A DNA stretch of 64,000 bases from a virus (taxonomy: Duplodnaviria; Caudoviricetes): IMG/VR virus record IMGVR_UViG_3300033757_000347; one strand, 5' to 3'. Of this stretch, positions 48,003 to 57,170 are shown piece after piece (position 1 is the first letter of the stretch; each line of letters begins with the position of its first letter). A program made the translations under genes and the position numbers. The notes under the pieces are model-generated. The model worked only from the letters and a program-made list of their open reading frames with translations, did not search any database and was not told where the DNA came from.

Positions 48003-48386
48003 ATGGACGAACTTGAAAACACCCAAGGAGCTCTAGCATCAGGCCAACCGGCTGAAGTGGTAGGAGCATTTCACGAGTCGCTTGTCCGCACGAATCGTCA
48101 GATCAAAGCTGACCGTGCAGCAGCCATCTCAGAAGACGTTGAGACCGTTTACCGTCGTAAGGTAGAGGATCTCGGTCTGAAGATCAAACGCATGAAGCAA
48201 TCGCAATCCGCTTCTCTCGATTTTTCGCCGGAAACCGCTGGCACGTTAAAACTGCAGTCTATCGACGCTGAGTCCTTCTCAGACGGAGACCTCAAAGCTT
48301 GCCGTGACATTCGCGATCTCGAGATCACTTACGAACTGGCAAAAGCCAGGTACCACTACCTCTTCGGCAAAACCATCAACATCTAA
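48003..48386 (+). CDS. Hypothetical coiled-coil protein
   Basis: 127-aa ORF. Confidence 0.6.
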   Translation: MDELENTQGALASGQPAEVVGAFHESLVRTNRQIKADRAAAISEDVETVYRRKVEDLGLKIKRMKQSQSASLDFSPETAGTLKLQSIDAESFSDGDLKACRDIRDLEITYELAKARYHYLFGKTINI

Positions 48387-48389
48387 GCC

Positions 48390-49286
48390 ATGGGTGGAGG
48401 AGGTTATTCAACTCACAGCAGAACGCTAAGAGCAACGGCTGACGGTTACTACACTAAGTCAGCTAACGAGATCTTCAAGCAGCGCGAGATTCACCTTGAA
48501 ATGAGTCCAAAGGGCATTATGGTGAGAGAATCGCGAGACTCTGAAGAGCACCCGGAATCCATTCCGATCATCGTTGCTCTGGACGTTACCGGGTCAATGG
48601 GACGGATCCCTCACGATTTTGTGAGAGACGGTCTTCCTACACTGGTAAGCACTCTCATCGAAGCGGGAATAAAGCACCCGCAGATCCTATTCCTTGCAAT
48701 CGGAGATCACCTTCGTGACAGAGCTCCGTTGCAGGTCGGCCAGTTCGAAAGCAGCGATGAGCTGCTTGATAAGTGGCTTACTTCAGTCTACATCGAACAG
48801 GGTGGTGGCGGAAACAACGGTGAAAGCTACACGTTAGCTCACTACTTCGCCGGTTACCACACGGTTCACGATCACTTCGAAAAACGCGGAAAGAAAGGTT
48901 TCCTGTTCACCATCGGAGACGAGCACGCACACCGCGAGGTAAGCACGCACACGATCAAAGAGATCATGGGAGGCGGAGAGCCCACGACAGGCAAAGCAAC
49001 CGACTTGATTGCAAAAGCTCAGGAAAAGTACGACGTTTATCACCTTCACGTCATGGAAGGTTCGAACGGACTCGACCCAGCGATCGCAAAGGGTTGGAAG
49101 GAACTCCTCAAGGAAAACTGCCTGGAAGTTGAAGATTATCGTAAGATTCCTCAGCTGATCGCCGAGACCGTCATATCCCGGACCAAAAATCAACCAGCTA
49201 TCTCAGGAACCGCTTCGGAGACTAGCAAGAAAGAAGAACCCAAGAAGGATGACTCCAACTGGGCAGGAGGCGGATCAATTCTCTAA
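48390..49286 (+). CDS. vWA-domain protein
   Basis: DVTGSM MIDAS, GGGNNGESY, TIGDE. Confidence 0.8.
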   Translation: MGGGGYSTHSRTLRATADGYYTKSANEIFKQREIHLEMSPKGIMVRESRDSEEHPESIPIIVALDVTGSMGRIPHDFVRDGLPTLVSTLIEAGIKHPQILFLAIGDHLRDRAPLQVGQFESSDELLDKWLTSVYIEQGGGGNNGESYTLAHYFAGYHTVHDHFEKRGKKGFLFTIGDEHAHREVSTHTIKEIMGGGEPTTGKATDLIAKAQEKYDVYHLHVMEGSNGLDPAIAKGWKELLKENCLEVEDYRKIPQLIAETVISRTKNQPAISGTASETSKKEEPKKDDSNWAGGGSIL

Positions 49287-49416
49287 TCCTTAAAACCAAA
49301 ACAACATGGGATCGATTGAACCTACAGTAACAATTCCTCAGGAACAACCTCAAACTACCCAGGCCCCTGAACAGCCAGCAACCCCGGTCGAAGTAACATC
49401 TGATACCGAGTAAGCG

Positions 49417-50556
49417 ATGAACGCAGTAGTCATAGGCCTCGGCTTCGGAGACGAGGGTAAGGGTCTAACGACCGACTTTCTGGTCAGGCAGCTGCAGAAA
49501 ACAGGTAAAGTGATAGTCGTCAGATTTTCTGGCGGCCAGCAAGCAGGACACACCGTCGTATCTAAGAATGACGGTGTGTCTCATGTTTTTTCGAACTTCG
49601 GTTCTGGAACCTTGGCTGGAGCATCCACTTACTGGTCAAAATTCTGCACAGTCGACCCAGTTGGAGTCGTTAGAGAATCAAACATACTGAGAGAAAAAGG
49701 AGCGCGACCTCTTCTGTACATAGATGAGGATTGCCCAGTGACAACCCCATACGATAAGATAGACAACCAACTCCGGGACAGAGCTAACGGAACCTGCGGA
49801 ACAGGGTTCGGTTCGACTCTGAAAAGAGAAGAGAACTGGTACTCTCTAAAAGCCGGAGACTTAAAGTTTCCGTCCATCCTCGACATGAAGTTGGAACAGA
49901 TTCGAAAGTATTACGATAAGGTAAATCCTGAAATCGGCAAGATCGCAGAAGCTCACATGTTCGATTTTTTGAATGCCTGCGCAAGCTTACGGTTCTCGTC
50001 AAACTTTGTCATTCAGAAGAGTTTTCCGTATCACAAGCACATCGTTTTCGAAGGTTCGCAGGGACTGATGCTCGACATGAACCATGGAATATTTCCGCAC
50101 GTCACTAGGTCAAAAACTGACACTACTAACGTGCCGGAAATTCTTAAGAGCGAAGATTTTGAAATTTACCTAGTGACAAGAGCTTACCAAACCCGTCACG
50201 GAAACGGGCCGATGACTAACGAGAAGATGCCGATTTCCTTAAAAAACACGGACGGCGAAACGAACCAACTGAACGAATTTCAGGGCACCTTCAGAAAGTC
50301 AATATTGGACTTAGACTTGCTGAAATACGTCATCCAGAAGGACCCTAGGCTATGCGAGGGTCACCACAACGTGAACTTAGTTGTGACTTGCTTGGACCAG
50401 CTGGAGAACTACGTTTACACGGAAGGCGGAGCGATGATCACTCTTCACTCTCCTAGTGAATTCGTGAATCACATATCAACCCGGTTGGGAATACAGTTCA
50501 ACAAAGTGTACTACAGCGAATCACCAGATTCCAAAAATATGATGCAACTACCATGA
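49417..50556 (+). CDS. purA: Adenylosuccinate synthetase-like protein (PurA family)
   Basis: GFGDEGKG, RFSGGQQAGHTV, FEGSQGLMLD, TRHGNGP. Confidence 0.8.
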   Translation: MNAVVIGLGFGDEGKGLTTDFLVRQLQKTGKVIVVRFSGGQQAGHTVVSKNDGVSHVFSNFGSGTLAGASTYWSKFCTVDPVGVVRESNILREKGARPLLYIDEDCPVTTPYDKIDNQLRDRANGTCGTGFGSTLKREENWYSLKAGDLKFPSILDMKLEQIRKYYDKVNPEIGKIAEAHMFDFLNACASLRFSSNFVIQKSFPYHKHIVFEGSQGLMLDMNHGIFPHVTRSKTDTTNVPEILKSEDFEIYLVTRAYQTRHGNGPMTNEKMPISLKNTDGETNQLNEFQGTFRKSILDLDLLKYVIQKDPRLCEGHHNVNLVVTCLDQLENYVYTEGGAMITLHSPSEFVNHISTRLGIQFNKVYYSESPDSKNMMQLP

Positions 50557-50764
50557 TCAACCTTCACGACTTCTTCGTTGTGTGCTGCATCTTAGCTGCT
50601 ATAGATTTTATTCTACCAGTTCCGCCGGTTAACGTTGGCTTTCCGTGGTGGCGCTGGTTACCTGGTTCGGAAATTGTCCTGTGGCTGATGTACTGGAAAA
50701 ACAACAAGTGAAACCTTTTTTGGGAGCCTTGTATAAATAATACAGAACGACGCTTAACAACGAT

Positions 50765-50884
50765 ATGAAATAGGTAACGAGACAACCACGCAAAACTAAA
50801 AGACCTCAGCGTTTCGCAGAGGCGACCCAAACGGGCGCTCGCGTGACGTTCTCGACCAAGTTTAGTAATAGCGCCCGTTTTTTA
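50765..50884 (+). promoter_or_regulatory. M-K-amber leader followed by a terminator-like hairpin
   Basis: ATG AAA TAG at 50765; AAACGGGCGCT (50829-39)/AGCGCCCGTTT (50870-80) plus T-tract. Confidence 0.6.
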
Positions 50885-50887
50885 TAT

Positions 50888-50960
50888 CGCGGGGTGGCAG
50901 CAGAGGTAGCTCGCAAGGCTCATAACCTTGAGGTCGGAGGTTCGAATCCTTCTCCCGCAA
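50888..50960 (+). tRNA. tRNA-fMet(CAT)
   Basis: C1:A72 mismatch; loop CT-CAT-AA. Confidence 0.9.
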
Positions 50961-51012
50961 CACTTGTAGGTATCGCATCGGGCAAGTACTGGAATCTACC
51001 TACTATTTTTTT

Positions 51013-51044
51013 ACCTCATCCTGAAAGGGGTGAGGTTTTTTATT
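51013..51044 (+). terminator. Intrinsic terminator between tRNA-fMet and the RNA ligase gene
   Basis: ACCTCATCC-TGAAA-GGGGTGAGGT plus T-tract. Confidence 0.7.
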
Positions 51045-51058
51045 GGTACAATACTCTC

Positions 51059-52096
51059 ATGGAAGCACCAGTACTACATACACGAGATGAATTTCGCGAG
51101 AAGGTTTTCGAACGCGATAATCACAGTTGCGTGATATGTGGAAAGCCAGCAAAAGACGCACATCACATAATAGAACGGAGACTGTTTTCAAACGGCGGGT
51201 ACTATTTGGAAAATGGAGCTTCTCTGTGCGAGGAACACCACATAGCAGCCGAACAGACTACTCTGTCGTGCGACGAAATCAGAGAAAAAGCAGGTATCAC
51301 TAGAATTGTTATACCGGATCAGCTATACGATGATAATGCGTATGATAAGTGGGGAAACATAATCCTTCCGACTGGAAATCGTTTGAAAGGTGAACTGTTC
51401 TACGATGAATCAGTTCAAAAGATACTCAAGCAGGGAGGAGTCTTGGACCTGTTTCAAAAGTACGTAAAGTACCCAAGAACGATGCACCTTCCGTGGAGCA
51501 ACCTGCTAAAGGACGATAGAATACTAGAAAACGACGAACATTTCATCGGTCGTGAAGTAGTATGCACACTGAAGATGGACGGCGAAAACACGACTATGTA
51601 CAACGATAAGATCCATGCTCGTTCGCTGGACTCAGCTTCTCACGAGACCAGAAACTGGGTAAAAGGTCTTTGGGCTAGAATATCGTGGATGATTGACGAT
51701 AACATGCGACTGTGCGGAGAGAACCTTTACGCGGTACATTCCTTAAAATACGACAGCTTACCATCCTATTTTATGCTATTTTCGGTGTGGGTAGACAATG
51801 TCTGCTTAAGCTGGAAGGAAACGGAAGAGTACGCTGGTATTTTGGGATTGCAAACGGTGCCCGTCATATACCAGGGAATTTACGACAGAGAAAAGATCGA
51901 GAAAGCATTTGCTAAGTACGCAGACACTAACGAAGGTTACGTGATTAGATTGGCTGACCAATTTCTCTATTCTGACTTCAGGCGAAGCATAGCAAAATAC
52001 GTTCGCCCGCAGTTCAGGCAAGCTGTCAACAATTCTCACGGACACTGGATCTCAAAAAAGATAGAAACTAACACGCTGAAAGGTGACAATTCATAG
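51059..52096 (+). CDS. HNH domain fused to an ATP-dependent RNA ligase
   Basis: VFERDNHSCVIC..DAHHI..N..LCEEHH; KYPRTMHLPWS, motif I KMDGEN, GEN, EGYVIR, AKYVR. Confidence 0.85.
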   Translation: MEAPVLHTRDEFREKVFERDNHSCVICGKPAKDAHHIIERRLFSNGGYYLENGASLCEEHHIAAEQTTLSCDEIREKAGITRIVIPDQLYDDNAYDKWGNIILPTGNRLKGELFYDESVQKILKQGGVLDLFQKYVKYPRTMHLPWSNLLKDDRILENDEHFIGREVVCTLKMDGENTTMYNDKIHARSLDSASHETRNWVKGLWARISWMIDDNMRLCGENLYAVHSLKYDSLPSYFMLFSVWVDNVCLSWKETEEYAGILGLQTVPVIYQGIYDREKIEKAFAKYADTNEGYVIRLADQFLYSDFRRSIAKYVRPQFRQAVNNSHGHWISKKIETNTLKGDNS

Positions 52097-52160
52097 AAAA
52101 AGTGGTACGTTAAACTCCACTAAGCAATTTTGCACCACAATAACAAAAAAATCAAACAAG

Positions 52161-52247
52161 ATGAAGTAGAGTATCAGAAGTCCCGTCGGCGTTTTTGAAT
52201 CGCAAGCTGTTAATTCACAAAATTCTCAACAAAAAAATTCAAAAACA
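52161..52247 (+). promoter_or_regulatory. M-K-amber leader with a helix masking the next start region
   Basis: ATG AAG TAG at 52161, in frame with ATG 52248; GTTTTTGAAT (52191-200) complements ATTCAAAAAC (52237-46). Confidence 0.6.
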
Positions 52248-52547
52248 ATGACAACAAAAGACTTAAAATCGGAAATCAAAGCCCTTTCGCAGAAGCAGAG
52301 GGAAACCAAGGAACAGAGAAAGACCGAAAAATTTACCGGAACTCGTTCGTTGACACCATGGGAAGCACAAATGCTCGCACTTCGGCAGAAAGAGCAGCTC
52401 AAGCACATGTTCATCGCGTATGCTCTGCTCAGAAACAAACCGATCGAATCAGCGATCTCTGAAAAGACCGAATGGTCGAAAAAGAAGGTCGACGAAATCA
52501 TGGCGAAGTATGCAGAAGTTGTATGTGTTAGTGAGAACGGATCTTAA
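52248..52547 (+). CDS. Basic hypothetical protein
   Basis: 99 aa; HMFIAYALLR. Confidence 0.7.
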   Translation: MTTKDLKSEIKALSQKQRETKEQRKTEKFTGTRSLTPWEAQMLALRQKEQLKHMFIAYALLRNKPIESAISEKTEWSKKKVDEIMAKYAEVVCVSENGS

Positions 52548-52806
52548 GGGATCCAGCCCGGCCGTCCAGGCCGGCCACGCAGTCGCCCAGTGGATGCTTG
52601 ATAATCCAAACCAAACTTGGAACAATCAAACGTTGATCTACTTAAACGTCGGTGACGCAGACTCGCTGCACAGGTGGGAAATCAAGCTCCAGTACCGAGA
52701 AATGGAATTCACCTAGTTCAAGGAACCGGACCTAAACGACGAAACCACCGCGATCGCTTGCCTAACCGATAACCGAAACATCTTTAGCAGCCTTCCGCTC
52801 CTGTGA
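52510..52806 (+). CDS. PTH2-like peptidyl-tRNA hydrolase with an in-frame amber codon at 52714-52716
   Basis: KLYVLVRTDL..AVQAGHAV...EFT(TAG)FKEPDLNDETTAIAC...LPLL*. Confidence 0.75.
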
Positions 52807-52834
52807 GCGGAGGGCTTCCTTTTAACAGAAAACA

Positions 52835-53260
52835 ATGGACACTTACATAGATCACAAGAACGTGGTGAAGAGACTCGTGGACGAGTACAAGTTCCACGGA
52901 GGTTTGGTGGTAGCGTACGATTTCGACAACACTGTGTACGATTATCACAAGAAGGGGGACACCTACGACATGGTAGTAGACCTTCTAAAAACCTTGGAAA
53001 AAGTTCCAGGAATAAGCTTAGTGGTTTGGACCGGAACTGCTAACGAACGTCACGATTTTGTAAGAGTCTACCTTCAAGCAAACGACATTCCGTACCACAC
53101 GATAAACGAGAACCCATCTTTCTTCAAATCTTCGAGTAGAAAGATCTTTTACAGCATTCTTCTCGATGATAGAGCTGGTTTAGCTTCAGCGTACAATGCT
53201 CTGGTTGACTTTTTGAACGAAATTGGGGTACAGTATTCTTACGAAAAACTGGGTTCGTAG
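52835..53260 (+). CDS. HAD-family phosphatase
   Basis: AYDFDNT, VWT, INEN, LLDDRA. Confidence 0.8.
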   Translation: MDTYIDHKNVVKRLVDEYKFHGGLVVAYDFDNTVYDYHKKGDTYDMVVDLLKTLEKVPGISLVVWTGTANERHDFVRVYLQANDIPYHTINENPSFFKSSSRKIFYSILLDDRAGLASAYNALVDFLNEIGVQYSYEKLGS

Positions 53261-53322
53261 TTCAGCGGTAGAACACCGGTCTCTAAAACCGTTAGTCGAG
53301 GGTTCGAATCCCTCCGTTCCCA
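53251..53322 (+). tRNA. Amber suppressor tRNA (anticodon CTA) with a Trp-like scaffold
   Basis: CCGGT-CTCTAAA-ACCGT; T arm GAGGG-TTCGAAT-CCCTC; two U:U mismatches in the acceptor stem. Confidence 0.8.
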
Positions 53323-53376
53323 CCGTGGTCATTTTGTACCTTCGCTAAGATAAATAATCAAAAGTGAAGTTACAAA

Positions 53377-54060
53377 ATGGCAAGAAAACCGTACAAATAT
53401 CATTACATTTACAAAACAACCTGTAGTGTTACCGGTCGTTATTATATAGGAATGCACTCAACTTTTAACTTGGAGGATGGGTACATAGGCAGCGGTAAGA
53501 GATTATGGAGATCTATTAATAAACATGGAAGAAATCAGCACAATACTGTGATTCTTGAATTCTTAGAAAATAGACAAGCTTTAAAAAATAGAGAAAGCCA
53601 ACTCATAACCGAAGATCTGTTAAAGGATTCTATGTGCATGAACTTAAAAGTCGGAGGAGAAGGTGGATTCGCCAATAAAGAACATCAAGTAAAATGTTCC
53701 AGTTTAGGGAATCAACGATTTCAAGAAAAATTACGAAATGATCCAGACTTTTACAAAGAGGTATGTAAAAAACGATCTGACAGCAATAAAAAAGCACATA
53801 AACTAGGTATTCATAAAAATTGGAAAACTAATAACGTATCTTGGGTAGGAAAACACCACACAGCTGAAACTAAGAAAAAAATACAAGAAGCGGTCAAAGG
53901 TAAACAAGTAGGTTCTAATAATTCGCAATTTGGAACAAAGTGGATGGTACATTTAGAAAATGGCGCTATTAAAGTTTCAGCTAATGATGTTTCTTCTTAC
54001 CTTTCCTTAGGATACGTTTTCGGTAGAAAATATAGAACACAGGATATAATGTCACACTAA
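53377..54060 (+). mobile_element. GIY-YIG (Seg-like) homing endonuclease
   Basis: YIYKTTCSVTGRYYIG, YIGSG, NLKVGGEGG. Confidence 0.85.
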
Positions 54061-54214
54061 ATTCTAAGAAATGAAATAATTCTTGGCAATCAAAAATGAT
54101 AGTCATAAAGTGTTGTTTTCTTTTAAATATTTAGCCAACGGTGAATGACATAACTATTGTAAATTTTTTGAACTCTTCAGGCTTTTTTAGTATAAGAGCG
54201 AAAAGTTTCCTTAG

Positions 54215-56083
54215 ATGCCTAAGAACAGGATAGCTCTAATCCAAGTCTGGTTCGGTAAGCTTCCCAGCTATTTTGAGTACCATCACTCAACTTGCTTGAA
54301 CCAGAGAATAGATTTCTACTTTTTCACCGATCAGGAAGTCGACAAAAAATTCGAAGCTGAGAACATCAAATTCATCAAGATCACGACCAAAGACCTTCAG
54401 CAGAAACTGTTCGATAAGACTAAAAAGCAGTTAGTCGTTCCGTCAGCCTACAAGCTAAGCGACATTAAACCAGCTTACGTTGATCTTTTTCAGGATCACG
54501 TGAAGGACTACGAGTTCGTTGGGTGGTACGACATTGATACTTTGCTCGGAGACGTGGTTTCGTGGATGGAACCTTACCTTAGCGAATTTGATGTGATCTC
54601 CTTCGGAGAGGATGGTCCAATTTACAACAGAATTTCAGGCCCTCTGACTATAACCAGAAACACTGAAAAGGTGAGAACAGTTTACCTTAGCGATCCTGTT
54701 TTTTACGAGTGCATGTCAAAACCAGAGTACGATGAATACGACGAGAGAAAGGTCACGGAAACTTACCGAAGATTGGGAATTCCTGTCAAAATTCTGTTTG
54801 ACTGTTCGAACATGGAGCCAATTAGCTACAAGATACGATTCGATGCTATCTGGACAGGTGGAAAGGTTTACGTTGGCGGAAAGGAAAAGTTAATCTATCA
54901 CTTCTTCATGAAGAAACTCACTGCGTTCGATAGAAAGGGTAACACAGTAATCGCCCGAAGGAAAGTTGAGTACTTGGATGATTTTTACTACATCACCTAC
55001 TTCACGGAGAATTACGAGCCAATGGTTAGAACCCTCATCAATTCACTTGAAAAATTTTCAAGAAGAAAGTGCATTCTCTATACGGTAAACTATTCATCGA
55101 AATTAGTGCACGAACTATCAGAACAATTCATAATTCGTCGGATAGATATAACTGGTAGGGATTTTCTAGACAGTAGAGGGCGAAGTTTCAACACAATTAC
55201 TTCTAAGCCAGTCATTCAACTTGATTCACTTAAGTCCTTTCCTGGAAAGAAATTCGTATTTCTTGATACTGACATTTACGTGACAGTTGTCATTGATTCA
55301 ATAGCAAAGTACTTCGATGACTTGGAAAATTATCCATTGACTAACTCTCACGTGCACGATGTGATTTACAGCATAGAAGAAAACGGAGATCACGTTAGTT
55401 CATTACACGCTCTTGGAGATGAGATAAGCGTGCCAATCACAGTATTTCCAAGAAGAAAAACTAACGTCATGCTATACGATGAACGATCGGCTTGGTTCTT
55501 TAAAGAGCAAATGCAAATTTACAATGACCACAAGGATTCTAAAAGAAGAGCGATCTTTAAGTTTCATGATGAAGATACTTTCAACGTCATATTATCTAAA
55601 TACAACTTTCACGGAGCTCTCCCAGTAGTTGACATTGAGGAGGTTTTCGACCTAAACTTAGAGGTGTACAATCACTATACGTACAGCGATTACCCTATAT
55701 CAGAGAGAGCAGTTGTTCCAGTTAACGATAGAGGTGTTTACGTGTTTCATGGTTACAAGAATGTTGAACTTTTTCAAAGGGTGGAAGATACGTACGGCTC
55801 AACCGTTTTGGATAAAACTGACCTCATCGTTGAGTACGATGGAAAGGACGTAGCTTTAATAAAAACGTCGTTCTTTCGTGACAAACGAATCAGACCAAAC
55901 GTGAACGTCACTCTAAAAGACGGAAATGCCGAATTGTTTAAGTGCGGATGGGAAATATTCAATTCCCAGTTTTTCTTCATCTGGGGAATTCACCTGAACA
56001 ATCACACGACTTACTTGGTCGAACTTACCGAACAAGAAACAGATCGACTTATTTTCAGAACTGAGCTGATCACAAACTACTGA
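54215..56083 (+). CDS. Two-domain putative glycosyltransferase
   Basis: WFGKLPSYF, YKLSDIKPAY, WYDIDTLLGD; second domain FLDTD, HDED. Confidence 0.65.
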   Translation: MPKNRIALIQVWFGKLPSYFEYHHSTCLNQRIDFYFFTDQEVDKKFEAENIKFIKITTKDLQQKLFDKTKKQLVVPSAYKLSDIKPAYVDLFQDHVKDYEFVGWYDIDTLLGDVVSWMEPYLSEFDVISFGEDGPIYNRISGPLTITRNTEKVRTVYLSDPVFYECMSKPEYDEYDERKVTETYRRLGIPVKILFDCSNMEPISYKIRFDAIWTGGKVYVGGKEKLIYHFFMKKLTAFDRKGNTVIARRKVEYLDDFYYITYFTENYEPMVRTLINSLEKFSRRKCILYTVNYSSKLVHELSEQFIIRRIDITGRDFLDSRGRSFNTITSKPVIQLDSLKSFPGKKFVFLDTDIYVTVVIDSIAKYFDDLENYPLTNSHVHDVIYSIEENGDHVSSLHALGDEISVPITVFPRRKTNVMLYDERSAWFFKEQMQIYNDHKDSKRRAIFKFHDEDTFNVILSKYNFHGALPVVDIEEVFDLNLEVYNHYTYSDYPISERAVVPVNDRGVYVFHGYKNVELFQRVEDTYGSTVLDKTDLIVEYDGKDVALIKTSFFRDKRIRPNVNVTLKDGNAELFKCGWEIFNSQFFFIWGIHLNNHTTYLVELTEQETDRLIFRTELITNY

Positions 56084-56107
56084 TAAATAAGAATAAAGTA
56101 GCGGATC

Positions 56108-57073
56108 ATGCCAACTTACCAAGCTAGACCTTTTGCCATCGGAGATATCGGAGCAGGTGGATTAGTCTATTACAACATGTCAATAACCGAACCTTAACTA
56201 CGATGAACTTCCTGGTGGGTTGACTTGGTACATGGGACCCAACGAGATACCTGGGTTCATCATAGCCTTGCAGAACGGAACACAGCCAACGTTCTTTAGA
56301 TCCACTGATAAGACTGATGCAAGCTACCTTTCTCTGCTTCAATCTCTCTACAAGAGCAGCACTGGGTTGGAGCCAGGAACTACCATACCGTGGTTCGACT
56401 CTTTTCTTTCAACCAACAGCATGTACACTTCTTACGAGGTCAGCGGCTCGATGAGTTTCACTGGAACAGGAACCTGTTACGGAGAAGTCGCTAGTGCAAC
56501 AGACCTTCTTCCTGGAACGAACGATTTTACGGTCGAATGGTTTCAGAAGCAGAGTTTGGGGTCTGATTTCCCTAGAATATTCAGTTTGGCGCATGGCCAT
56601 CCGGTTTTGGTGCCAGCTCAGAAAGTGGTGCTCTTTATTTCTGGTACAACGGTCAGTACATATTTAGAGGTCTTCCGACCTGGCAGGACGAGTGGGTCCA
56701 CTTGGCTATCTGCCGCTACAAAAACTACGTGAGAATATTTCACAATGGCACTCAGCTTGGAGCGGAGGCTTACATACCGGACAACATAACTGATACTGAA
56801 ACAGTTATGCACCTAGGAATAGATCCAGGATATGCTTCTACCGCTTATTTCACAGGCCTAATAAGCAATTTACATTTTTTGCCTACCATGGCTAAGTACT
56901 GGGAAAATTTTCCAACTCCAACTTCCGGCCTGAATGTGTCCTACAATTCAAACCTTCTCATGCGATCGTCCACCAACGGGTCGCTTTTGACCGACTCCAG
57001 CCCAGTCGGAAAGACCGTAACTAGTGCTGGATCAACACCTATCGCTTGGAGTTCAGATAAACCTTTCGTCTAA
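56108..57073 (+). CDS. LamG/concanavalin-like virion protein with two apparent single-base frameshifts (about 56195 and 56586)
   Basis: DFTVEWF, WVHLAICR...IFHNG, YFTGLISNL; fragments join across T-runs. Confidence 0.6.
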
Positions 57074-57170
57074 ACAGAGTATAAATAACTAGACTGATCA
57101 CCGCATTTTTTAGTAGGTTAGCCCAAACTATCGACTAATGTGCGAAGACGAAACAATTAACAGAACCATA

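Noticed and set aside
49417-50556. PurZ (2-aminoadenine DNA)
   Set aside because: It has the PurA-type GDEGKG rather than the PurZ-type GSTGKG, and no DatZ or MazZ neighbours are visible
50843-51058. GTG-started N-terminal extension of the RNA ligase as a normal CDS
   Set aside because: It overlaps tRNA-fMet and terminators; the domain starts at MEAPV (51059). It is kept only as part of the readthrough hypothesis.
56108-57073. Programmed frameshifts in the LamG gene and at about 1934
   Set aside because: Single-base gains or losses at short T-runs with no canonical slippery heptamer; sequencing indels are more likely
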